In this document: piece after piece, positions 49,440-61,530 of the stretch
Layout of the letters: each line of letters opens with the position of its first letter
Numbering within the stretch: position 1 is the stretch's first letter
Assembly: GCA_043228905.1 (NCBI GenBank)
Contig: JBHGNT010000012.1
Location: 2,418,001-2,482,000 of the forward strand
Reading direction: 5' to 3'
DNA: 64,000 bases
From: Azolla caroliniana
Lineage: Eukaryota > Plantae > Polypodiophyta
Notes under the pieces: generated by a model
The model's input: the letters and a program-made list of their open reading frames with translations, nothing else
Told to the model about the DNA's origin: nothing
Databases searched by the model: none
Program-made: the position numbers and the translations under genes

Positions 49440-51810
49440 ATATGATGTGCTCGGCTAGCAATCATGTGTGGTCCATGAATTTCCTATGTTGTAATTTTTT
49501 TATGACCTTTGTGACCCTAGAGGTCATGAAAAGTGTCCCCATAGTGGGTTGAGGTGTGGAAGGCATTGGAATGGGTGGTTGGTCCAGGACATGGTAGAGT
49601 CTCTCGATATATGCGTTCCAAATATTGGGATCCTCGATGGGTGTTTGTGGTCCCGGTTCCCGTAGTCTCTTCTATGCAAGGGCGCAATCCCTACTCATGA
49701 GCATATGGTAGAGTTCCCAATATTGAGATGCTTCCCAAGCTCGTCTTTTACGACGTGTCATCTTGTGCATCTCTTTGCGAGCCTGTACTGAGGAAATAGT
49801 GCCACTCAGTCGCGACACTTTAAGTTGTCTATACAACTCTCTACAATCCTCATCATACCACTTGTTCTGTGGCATAGACCCTATTCTACTATGACCAGAG
49901 TCTTTCGTGTATGAGAAGCTACTAATTGCTGCTAAGTGAAGGATGTGTGTGAGTTCTGTAGTGAGGTTCTCTAAAGGCAAGAAAGAATCAAAAGACGAGA
50001 GATGGGCTTGAACATGTCAAGAGTAGATGTTAGCAAGCTCATGCGTGAAGTGTATTATGGTGTGATGGTTGGGTTGACTAGAGTTGGTGGCGTGGGAATT
50101 GTCACATTTTAGCTCAAAGTATAGGAAGTTATGGTCTGCACCAATGGGGCATGGGGCCACCTAGAAGGAGTTAACCATATGGGTAGCTTTAGGGCATCCT
50201 ATTAGGTAATCAAATGTGCTTTCCCCTCCTCCATGTGGGAAACATGTGAGCTCTTTCGAGCTCGACCACTTGGCTAAGCCATTATATATGATCATCTGGT
50301 GTCGGCTTCCAAGTTCAAGCAGATAATGGCCAAAGCTTGTGGCGTCCGCACCTTGATCCTTTGATGTATGTGTTATGCCTAAGCCTAAAGGGTCGACATT
50401 CACCATTTCTAGGTTTCTATCCATCTGAAATATTGTGCATTGTCAGGATTGGGTTCTTGCATTGAAATCTCCTACAAGGAAGACTTCCCCTTGAGAGGAA
50501 TATCAGATTATGTCATATGATAAAGGTTCATATGGAGAAGGCCCATGTGGCGTTCCTTCATCAACTATACTCACCTCTCCAGCGATATTATACCGGGATC
50601 CTTTCGGGGGGAAGTAACAAACGGCGATAAATATCACCTGATCCTTGCTAGTGAGAACTTTCACCCACATGAAACGGGCTTTTGGGTCTGTCTTTAGTAT
50701 TTCTATTCTATTATGTATATATCTCGGAAATAAGATCACAACCCCTCCAGAACCTCTAGTAGTGTGTCAACGTGAGGTTTGTCTAAAGACAGATTCCCAA
50801 CGAAAACCGTCAACTCGTGGCAATTCTCGATTCGGACTTTGATGTGTTTCTACTAAAAAAAGTATATTAGATACCATCAAAATCTCCTCTAGACGGCCAA
50901 GGTGTGTCCAAAGTGCACCGTTATAGTTCCATAAAGTCATCCTAAGTTTATTATCTGTCACATGGGCCACACACCGTCAATTGGCGGCGAGATCATTTAT
51001 TATCATGCGTCCGTCTCGGTAGAAAGCACGATGCCCCTCTTTACGAGCTTGTATGACTTGTGGCATACAAGTTTTACGATGCTCAATTTGCATCTTGGTC
51101 AGGTCTTCATCGAGGTAGATAGGGTCCCCGCCCAATCCTCGAAGAATTGGTCTCTTTTTAAAAAAGATGATTCTAGATTCTGAGTCCTTAAACTGAAGGA
51201 CTAAAGCTCTTTTCCTAGTGGTGTCACGTCCTACCCTCCAAGTTTTAGAGATTGGTAGGGCTTCGTACCCCAACATTTCCCTAATGTTTGTGCATCTTCG
51301 TCGGGAGGGTAGTGTTTACAATGTTTTCATCATTTAGTTGTTTTTTAATATTACGTTTTACTACATGAACCCACCCAGTTTTTGCTAATTCCATATCACT
51401 TTTAACCTCTTCCTTAACCTTTTTGATCTCCTCCTTAATATCCTCTAGGGAAGATATTTCACCATCTTCCCTAGATGTCTGAAGGTCCTTAATTTGTTTT
51501 TGGAGGTTCACGTTGGCTACTTTAAGTTTCGCTACTTCAACAATAAGTAGTTATCTTTCTTCTTTATCTTTTTGTTTTTCGGTTTCAATCTATTTTGCCC
51601 ATTTTTCTATTTTAACTAAACGGTTAAGGACATCTAAAAATTCCTCCTTACTTATAATTTCTTCATGTGTTTCCTTATGGTTTTGTCTAGAAGTCATGTT
51701 GTAATTCAAAAGATAGAAGAAAGAAAAGACAAAAAGGACAGAAAAACTTAGTTGAGCATCGATGCCTTGCGCGCTAGGTACGAGTGTAGAAGCACATGTA
51801 TGCTCTCTCG
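49440..51810 (-). mobile_element. 5' part of a non-L1 LINE (RTEX/L2-group-like): ORF1 ~51697-50977, ORF2 APE endonuclease from ~50960; decayed, RT missing
   Basis: ORF1 coiled coil plus IYLDEDLT..ARKEGHRAFYRDGRMIIN; APE motifs LWN, FLVETH, VCYFPP, VFLVGDFNAR, STFDY, ADH; NKWYDEDC; multiple stops. Confidence 0.85.
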
Positions 51811-52015
51811 TTTAGTCAACCGATGACATCGTCAGAAGTGTAGGTGATAGCGACGATCGACAACAACTACACACAACAGCGGCGGCGGTGGCGACGACGA
51901 CGACGGCCAAGAACCAACGATGGTAGATGAAGACTACGACGACGGCGGCAACAGACAATGGTTGCAACAAACGATGGTAACGACAACGACAACGGTAGAG
52001 AGAGTCATTACACAC

Positions 52016-52052
<37 letters not shown>

Positions 52053-52090
52053 GGAGGCAGACAGACAAGAGTGAATGTAGAGAGAGATAA

Positions 52091-52156
52091 GAAAATTGGG
52101 AATCGAACCCAAGACAAACAACAATAGCATGACTCCTTACCACTAGGGTAAGCTAA
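52091..52156 (-). mobile_element. tRNA-derived (SINE-like) head, copy 2
   Basis: A-box-like TAGTGGTAAG and perfect B box GGGTTCGATTCCC (52110-52098) at tRNA-like spacing. Confidence 0.6.
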
Positions 52157-53734
52157 ATTGTAACGACAATAAATGAAAAAAAAGAAAAAAAAGGAGCACC
52201 TATTTTTCCCGTTTCAAACATGTTCGTTTCCAAATGTTTCCAAACGTTTGAATGCTTGCACGAACACAAATATTATGTTCTATGTATGTATGTATGTGTG
52301 ATTAACAAATCACTTAAATCCTTTAAAGTTTTGATTAAGAAATCAATTAGATACTTTATATTGACAAGACCCTCATTTTCTCAAATGTTTTAATGTTTAA
52401 ACAACTAACCAAGTATATATCATAAAAAACACTAAAATTAATCTAAACTTGAAGATTTTGGGTAATACAAAAAAAAATCATGTGATAAACATGAATGACA
52501 AAAGTATGAAGCTTAGATAATATTACTTATTATATTAATAGGCTTTCTAAACTAAAACCTTATAAAGTTAATTCATATTTAGTAAATATTACAAAAATAT
52601 CCCAACCCGAAATTGTTAATGCGTTTATGATGTGGTTTAAACCACACTATTAAGTCAATAAAGGCTCAAACAAAACCCAAGTGTTGAAGCCCCAAGCAAA
52701 ACCAAACAATTTACAAATATAAAAACCTAAACCAAACCAAATCATTTCAATTGTTAAGTTGTTAGTTATGTGGTTCAATTCAGCTTAATTTGAGCCATTT
52801 ATCAATTGTTAGTATCAATGGCATAATGGTCCCATCAAGCTACCATCTCTAGGATGGGAAGGACACAATGGGAACCATACAAAAGAGCAATAAAGTGTCA
52901 ATTTTGTAAAGCCATTTTTAAAGGAGCAATATTTTGATGTGCATGGTCTCAAGTTAAAAATGACATGTAAAGGCCTAACATTCACAATGTGATTTAATAT
53001 ATAATATGTTGTTATTATGGTTTCTTTAAATAAGGTTTAAAGCATTGAGAAAAAAGGTAAATGGTAAAACATAAAACACTTTCATGCTCACCGGAAGTAT
53101 ACAACGTTGTCACACTTGTGAGAGTGACACAAATGTTGGCATAAAAGGTCGACTACTTCCACTTTGTATCCTTAGTGTGAACACGTCCTCTAGTTAGGGC
53201 TTGAGTATATAAGCTCAAACCTAACATTGTAAAGAGTGAGGTCTTGGAGAAAGAAAGAAAGAAAGAAAGAAATATTAACGTCTTCTAAGGCCAAAATTGG
53301 CCCATGAGACAAATGGTTTACAAAAAAATGGGATAATTTACCCATTTATCGAAAGTAAAATTAGAGTTTAAGCTAAATAGTTCTAAGAAAATAACAAACT
53401 TGTTCTATATAAAAAACATGTTCTACAATGAAAATGATGTTAAACTATGCCTAATTTCATTTCCATCTAAGTCTCTCGAAGAGAAGCGAGAGGTCAAAGG
53501 GTTGTGATGTGGATGTGGCCCGTGGTCCCAATGTAAAAGATACCCCAACCATAGCTTCTAGTCAACGCATCTCACATTCCCTTATCTTCTTAATCTTTTC
53601 TACTCCATGTCGACTTGTTTTGAAGCCCAACATCCGAGGGTGTTTGGTTGTTCTTTGCATTTCTGCTTCCTCAAGGGAGAGGCCGCGCGGCGTAAGTGTA
53701 TCCGCATTCATCGTCTTCCCTTGTTCCTGAAAAA

Positions 53735-54903
53735 TTACACTAGTTACATGTTGATGAATAGTAAAAGGGTTATGGTTACACTTTGTAATTTATTCTCCCT
53801 ACATTGTTTTAGTTCTAAGATATACCTACCTAGTCTCTTTACACTTGGGATATCTAATAGTTTGGAGAGGGTGGGAGAGGGTCTTAATATGTCTTGGTAT
53901 TCCGCCTGTATCTCGGCATAAGTTGGGCTCTTGCATGTGAAGTGATACTCATCCTCTATATCTCTATGTGGCATAACCTACATAGCCTTTCCTCTCTGGG
54001 GACTCTATTAGCCTGACCATTCTCAATCTCAAGTTGGTGAGGTGATATCCTAAGTTGGCCAATGGCCACCCTTAGTGCATTTCATAAGAATGTATCTAGA
54101 TATCTTGGTCGTGTAATAAAACCTAACTTAGAGAAGTGCAAGAAGTGTTCCTTATAGTACAACATTTTCGATGGGAGTGGCTCTCATGGGGTGATCCATT
54201 TATATCGAGTGTAAAGTTGCCATATTTCTTGACGTATCACTTTATTACGGTCTTCATGAGAGATTAGAGTTTGATCAGTCCCATGGTTGTACTTAAGGGG
54301 AGGTAGGTTATTAATGTCTATGTCGTTTGCAAGTAACCAACTCACCATAATGTTATACCAAGAGCTAGTGTCTCCATATGCATGTAGGGATCAGGATGTC
54401 TCAAAGGCTCGACGAGATATCCTATCTTGTGGTTGACTATGTATCCGATGAATAAAAACTACCACTTGAAAGAGTGCGTCTACTAACATCTGGGGTAGAC
54501 TGAACTCTGCTCTAATAATGTCATGTGGTACTATCGATTTGCTTCGGAGTTGACGTGATAACATCGTCACCAAAGGTCTCTCTAATTGTGTCCACATGAA
54601 AGATGCTAGACTTGGAGCCCATACTACTGATGCATACATGAGGGAAGGGATCACAAATGAGTCGAAGAGCCATCCCTTACTCTGTGGCTCTTGAAAGTAT
54701 GCCTGGTGGCATTGTCTCTCTAAGAGTGAGAGGGATGCATACCCTCTCATTAGCCTATCTTTAGCTACCTGGGTCATCGAGAATTTACTTGAGCGAGCAC
54801 TAAAAGTGACTCCCAAGTATACGTATGATCCCATGACCTCAACTAGTTTATGATAGAGGATTAGGTGACATTTACTCATGTTACCGCCTATCTGGAGCAA
54901 CAC
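53735..54903 (-). mobile_element. 3' part of an RTEX/L2-like LINE ORF2 (RT C-terminus and Zn finger), decayed
   Basis: SYVYLGVTF, LFDSFVIPSLMYASVVW, PHQLEIENG, IEDEYHFTCKSPTYAEI motifs. Confidence 0.8.
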
Positions 54904-55239
54904 CTTCGATCCCTACGTGGATTTGGACCAAGAGACGTGGTACGAGTAGTTCCCAAGTTACCCTTGATAAATGGCGAGGACTTTACGACACCTTCACCGA
55001 TGAAACACAATACTTAGGGCATGAAATAGAAAAAAACTCACTCTGTGGCGTTACGGAAGTACCACGAGAAAAGAAGATCAAAACCCAACTCTACTATATT
55101 AAATAGATCATGAATTACATGCTCACGGCTATATGCCGGTATTAATTCTTGTTCCTCTAGACTATATGTCTGATCCTATTATGATCTTTCTATATATTTC
55201 CCCCCTTAATGTCTTCAACTTCTTTTCTTATATAGTTTT

Positions 55240-58200
55240 TGTAAAGAATCAGATATGGATTCTTGTGAAGCGGAAGAGATGTGAGTTATGTGTGTGTGTA
55301 AGAGAGAGAGAGAGAGAGAGAGGAACACAGAGAATACGCAAGGTAAAAGTATATTGACAAAGGAGAAAGACTCAACATTTTACAAGGTGGGAGGAGGGAG
55401 GGTACTTTATGTAGTCACCCTCTCTCTTCATTAACTACAAGACTCATGGAGCATGGGGAGTGTGAAAGCTCATAAGTTATGTGTCATAGAATATGATTCT
55501 ATGACTCATACTAAATGCTAGAATACAAACTGGTGACATAATGGTGACTCTTGACCGTTGGAGTGTCTCTTCACTTTCAAGGTGAGTTCACACACTAGAC
55601 CAAGTTGAGCTTGATTCTCAACACGCCCCCTCAAGCTCAAGTCGGGTCGGTTTCAGACGGTATCCGAAATCCGCTTCAACTCGCGTTCTGGAGTCCGCGT
55701 CGACTCGTGTCGACTCGCATTTATGCGGAGTTGCGGAATCCGTGCTCCAGCTTGCGTTGTGCGTAGTTACGAAGTCTGTGCTTTGGCTTGCGTCTTTCTT
55801 CGTGGCTTTGTTGCGTGGTTGTGGAATCCACGCGTTATTGTGTACTGTCTTCAGTACTCCCCCTCCAGCTTGGCAGGTCAGGGATCGTCAATCCGAGATC
55901 GATCATGAATTGCCATAGCTTGTCAGCTCCTAAGGCTTTAGTAAAGATGTCGGCCGTTTGAAGATTGGTGCTAATGTGTTGTAGGTCGACATCGCTAGCC
56001 AGAACACGCTCTTGGATGAAGTGATAGTGCACTTCAATGTGCTTTGTCCACGCGTGGAACACCGGGTTCCGAGCTAGATAGATACTGCTCATGTTGTCGC
56101 AGTAAAGGGAAGTCGGATCCTTGATGGGTACGCCCAGATCCTTCAAAATCCTCTTGAGCCATACGGCTTCACACGCAGCTACGACTACGCCCTTGTATTC
56201 CGCCTCCATACTCGAAAGAGTGACGGTAGGTTGCTTCTTGCTACTCTAGGATATTGCTCCGCTGTCGAGGGAGAAAACAAATCCGGAGGTTGATATTCTA
56301 TAAGCTTTGTAGCCGGCCCAATCGGCGTCTGTGTACCCCACGAGTCGTATTGGCATCACGGTCTTGTAGAGGATGCCGCAATCCATTGTGCCGCTCACGT
56401 AGCGTAGAACTCGCTTAGCGCAATCCAAGTGAGTATCACGCGGTGTTTGCATGAATTGGCTAAGGAGACCGACCGGATATCTGAGATCGGGTCATGTGAT
56501 CGTGAGGTAGATGAGACTCCCGATGAGTTGCCGATACTGAGTCGGCTCACACGCTTTGGTGCTGGAGTTCGCATCTAGTTTGAGATTGCGATCGAGCGGG
56601 GTTGTCGCGGATTTGCACTCAGCCATCTTGAACTTGTATAACAAATTGAGGATGTAGTGCCGTTGAGAGATCATGATTCCGGCCGGAGTCCGAATTACCT
56701 CGATCCCGCGGAAGTAGTGGAGCTCCTTCATGTCCGTCATCTCAAACTTGTCGGAAAGGAGGGATTTGACCTTAGTGATTTCGACGAGATGCTCACCTCC
56801 AATGACTAGGTCATCCACATATAAGATGATGACGATCGAACTTGAGGAATCGCTTCGTATATAGAGGGAGTTGTCCGATTTTGACATACGGAAGCCGATT
56901 TGAAGGTTGTATTGCGTTATCTTCGAATGCCAAGCACACGGTGCTTGCTTGAGGTCGTAGAGTGGCTTCTTGAATCGGCAAACAACTTTCGGATGGGTGC
57001 TTGAGTTGAAGTTGGGTGGTTGGATCATGTACACCTTCTCTTCTAATTCACCTTGTAGAAAGGCGTTCTTGATGTCCATTTGATGGAGGTGCCACCCTTT
57101 CGCCGCGGCAAGCGCAATTATGGTCCGCACTGTCGTCATCTTTGCCACCAGGGCAAAGGTCTCTTCGTAGTCGACGCCATGCGTCTGAGCGTATCCTTTT
57201 GCTACGAGTCGAGCTTTGTAGCGGTTGACGGAACCGTCAGCGTTATACTTCACTTTGTAAATCCATCTGCATCCGATCGCCTTTTTGTGTGGTGAGGTGG
57301 GAACGAGATCCCATGTCTCGTTCTTGCGTAGTGCCTGCATCTCCTCGTTCCTGGCTTTGATCTATCATGGGTCCTTCGCGGCTTCGGAAATGGTTTCCGA
57401 CTCCCGTACTGTCGCTACCTTCATCATAAAGGCATAATGGTACGCCATATAATCGTTGTAGCCGAATCGGGTTACAGGGTTCTTTTCACGGGTGGAGCGA
57501 CAGAACTTTTCATTTGCTAAGATGAGGGCTTTCTTAGCTCCGATTGATACATTGAAGCCGTTGAACTCACTGTCAAGTGAGTGAGTTGACTCATCGTTGT
57601 CGAAACGATCATCTGCGTATTCCGCCATTTTCGCCTTGCCCTTGTCCATCTTTGGGCTAGGCTGTGATGTGCTTTGATCGCTCAAAGGCTCTTGTGGTCC
57701 GCTCAGTCGGGTCATGATCGGACTATCTTCGAACATGTGCGTAAGGCGATCCTCATCCTTTATCTCTTGTTCGGCGGATTCCTGGTTGAGCGGAGTCGGA
57801 GTCGGAGTTGTCTCTGGTGCGTACCAAGATGCGGACTCGTCAAAAACGACGTCTCGACTTACTCGTGATTTTCGAGTAGGGGTTGTAGCACTTGTACCCC
57901 TTTTGCTCCAATGAGTATCCTACGAGGATACATTTCTCCGACTTCGGGTCAAGATTTTGACGCTTCTCGTTGGGGATGTGCACGTACGCTATCGCGCCGA
58001 ATATCCGGATGTGCGATAAGTCCGGCTTCTTTCTGAAGTATTTTTCGTGCGGAGTGACCTCGTGCATGCCGGATGTTGTGCACCGGTTCATTAGGTAGAC
58101 GGCCATATTTGCAGCTTCGGCCCAATATGACTTGGGCATATGCTTCTCGTTCATCATGGCCCGCGCTACTTCGAGGATGTGCCGATTTTTGCGCTCGGCT

Positions 58201-60435
58201 ACCCCGTTTTGTTGCGGAGTGTGTCGGCAAGTGAATTCTCGCCGAATTCCTTCCTTTCGGAGATATGCCGTGAAGTCGTCCGAGAAGTACTCCTTGCCGC
58301 CATCCGAACGAAGATAACGTACATGTCGGCCCATGGCTTTCTCGACTTCATTCTTGAAATTTTGGAAGTGTCCGAACACTTCGCTCTTTTCCTGCATCAG
58401 GTAGATCCAAGTGTGCTTAGAGAAGTCGTTGATGAAGAGCACATAATATCGGCATCCGCCGAATGTAGCCGTCTGCGCCGATCCCCATACGTCGGGATGG
58501 ACTACGTCGAGTAGACCTTTGCTCACGTTCCGCTCTTTCGGGAATGGGTGTCGGTGTTGCTTGCCGAATTGGCACAGTTCGCATACACCTTCAATCTCCT
58601 TCTCTTTGAATGTCGGGAGTTCGATGACGACTCCTTTCGATTTCATTGCTTTGAGTTTGTTGAGATTGATGTGGCTGATTCACTTGTGCCATAGCTCTAT
58701 GTCGGAGTCGGCTTTCGTGTTTTTTTGCGAACATGGTGGATTTCATCTCGCGTGAATCGAGAATGAACATCCGGCCCTCTCTTCGTCCGCGTGCGATGAG
58801 TCAGCCCTCTTTTTCGATGAAGCAACCGCCTTGATTAAATCGAACTTGCATCCCTTGCTCTACAATTTGGCCGACGGAGACCAAATTCTTTGTAATGGTC
58901 GGTACATGCAAGACATTTTTAATGTAATTTTGCTTACCTTCTTTTCCGAATGGAACATTGCCGATGTGCCGAATCGGGTGCCTAGTGTCGTCTCCGGTTT
59001 CGACATAGCCGGGTCGGTCCGGCTCTCAAAGTTCTCGGAACTATTCTTGATGCGATGTCATATGGTTCGAGGCACTAGAATCGATGAACCATACGTCTTC
59101 CGGACCGGAGACACTAGTTAAGGTAGCAGCCGACATAGAGTTTGCTCTATGTTTCATCATGAACATTCCGCCACAGTCGAAGTTCTGTGCATACATTCCG
59201 CTACAATCTTCGTAGTCGGAGTTGTGCCCGTACATTCCGCCACGGTCGGAGTTGTGTGCATACATTCGGCCACGATCTTCATAGTCGGAGTTGTGCCCGT
59301 ACATTCCGCTATACTCTTCGTAGTCGGAATTGTGCGCGTAGTTCGTGAGTTGTCGGCTTGTGGAAGCCGATTCACGCATCTTCTTTCGGCACTCTTCTTC
59401 GTGGTGGCCGAGCTTTCCGCAATATCTGCATTCGGTTGCATTTTGACGGCTCGGGCTAGAGTGGAAGCTCCCCCTTCTTGCGAAGGTTCCTCGTTGGCTT
59501 CCGTTTTGCGGCCAAAATTGGGAGTTGTTGTCGTAGGTCGGACCTCGTCCGCCTTGTCCTTGGCCGAATCGGCCTCTCGCTCGTCCGCGTCCTCTTCCTT
59601 CGTTCGATTGCGTGTAGAGCATGTGGCCTTCCGACTCATTGCTCATTGTACGCACGTGGTTTTCTTCGACCAATAACATTGATTGGAGCTCGAAGAAGGA
59701 GGGAGATTTCTCCCGTGCTAGAACGGCGGTTCGCATCGCGCCGAATCGTGGTGCGAGGCCGCCGAGGCATATTTGAACCATCTCATCATCATCGATATTT
59801 ATGCTTATTGAGCCGAGTGAATTGCAAAGCTCCTTGATCTTTTAGGTGTATGTTTTGATGGACATGTCCCTTTGTTGAATGTTCAACTCTTGGCGGAGTT
59901 GAAGCTTCCTCTCGGTTGTGTTGGCGGCGAAAATCTTTCGTAGATTTTCCCATGCTTCCTTCGGCGTCTTGGCCTCTCGAATGTAACCGAGCATGTGGTC
60001 GTGAACACATGTCGCCAAACAATACATCACGCGGCTTGCAGCTTGCTCCCATGTCGCGTATCCGGGAGCCGCTTCGGCGGGTCGGTCTTCATGACCTCCT
60101 TTGATGTAGCTCCAATAGCCTTGTCCGACAAGGTATTGGTGCATCTTGTACTCCCAAGATGCGAAGTTGTTTCGATCCAACTTCTCGGTAGGGAGAGCGC
60201 TCCCCATTTGAGTATTCATTATGTCGATTCTTCTTCTTCTTCTTCTCTCTTCGAATGCGTGCTATGTAGCGAAGCTACGATAGCGATGAGCCGGTTCTTG
60301 GTCGATGGCGTGGAGCACAACACACGATCACGATGAGGCGAGTGGGCTAGATTGAGCTACCAAATCGCTCTAATACCATGTAAAGAATCGGATATTGATT
60401 CTTGTGAAGCGGAAGAGATGTGAGTTATGTGTGTG

Positions 60436-60492
<57 letters not shown>

Positions 60493-60911
60493 CACAGAGA
60501 ATACACAAGGTAAAAGTATAGCGGGTATGATTCTTGTGTAGCGGAATAGGTGAGAGATGTGCATTATGTGAGTGAGTGAGAGAGAGAGAGAGAGAGAGTG
60601 CAAGAGACAAGGAGTAAGACACAGAGAATACGCAAGGTTAAGTATATTAACAAAGGAGAAAGACTCAACATTTACAAGGTGGGAGGAGGGTGCTTTATAT
60701 AGTCACCCTCTCTCTTCATTAACTACAAGACTCATGGAGCATGGGGAATGTGAAAGCTCATAAGTTATGTGTCATAGAATATGATTCTATGACTCATACT
60801 AAATGCTAGAATACAAACTGGTGACAGAATGGTGACTCTTGACCGTTGGAGTGTCTCTTCACTTTTAAGGTGAGTTCACACACTAGACCAAGTTGAGCTT
60901 GATTCTCAACA
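55240..60911 (-). mobile_element. Complete Ty1/copia element B (same family as element A, inverted). 5' LTR 60911-60379, PBS 60378-60367, 3' LTR 55623-55240, TSD GTTTT
   Basis: TG..CA LTRs; TGGTATTAGAGC PBS; PPT adjacent to the 3' LTR; GTTTT at 55235-55239 and 60912-60916; gag EKLDRNNF, protease DSSASNHM, integrase RSDGGKEY/PQQNGVAERKNR, RT KARLVAKGY/LYVDD, RNase H TDADWAG/ADIFTKAL; frameshifted. Confidence 0.96.
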
Positions 60912-61178
60912 GTTTTTTGTTTTCAACTTCTTCGGCGCGCATACTTATTCTTTCCTCGACTACGTATGACTCGGCTTTCTGTTTCATAACACTCATTTAC
61001 CTACTTTTACCTACTTTTCGTATTACGATTCTTTCTAGGTCTATATACGGTTCCCAACAATATTACATTTTTAGTCCCATGGACAACACCTGGCATGCCC
61101 GTGGGACAGTGTCGTGGCACATCAAACTCACAAAAATGCAAAATTCAAAATAAAAAAAAAGAAAAGAAAATCTAAAGG

Positions 61179-61530
61179 TGTTGGGAGACAGGTCCCTCCG
61201 GATGGGAAGAGAGAAGAACAGTGCTGATGAGTACCCGGCTACGGAGAGCCGGATGGTGCAGACTGTTGGGAGACAGGTCCCTCCGGATGGGAAGAGAGAA
61301 GAACAGTGCTGATGAACATACTCGGCCGAGGCTGATAGGCCTCGGCCGAAACCGTATAACGAGTACCCGGCTACGGAGAGTCGGATGGTGCAGACCCGGT
61401 GAGAACCGGATGAAGAGTACACGGCTACGGAGAGCCGGATGGTGCAGATCCGGTGAGAACCGGATGAGGAGTACCCAGCTACGGAGAGCCGGATGGTGCA
61501 GACCCGGTGAGGAGTGCTCACCGGATGAAG
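61179..61530 (+). repeat. Tandem repeats in the U3 of copia C
   Basis: The LTR terminus tgttgggagacaggtccctccggatgggaagagagaagaacagtgctgatga is duplicated (61179, 61264). gagtacccggctacggagagccggatggtgcaga occurs four times. Confidence 0.9.

Noticed and set aside
61229-61530. CRISPR-like repeat-spacer pattern
   Set aside because: Eukaryotic LTR U3 tandem repeats; the spacers are themselves repeated and there are no cas genes.
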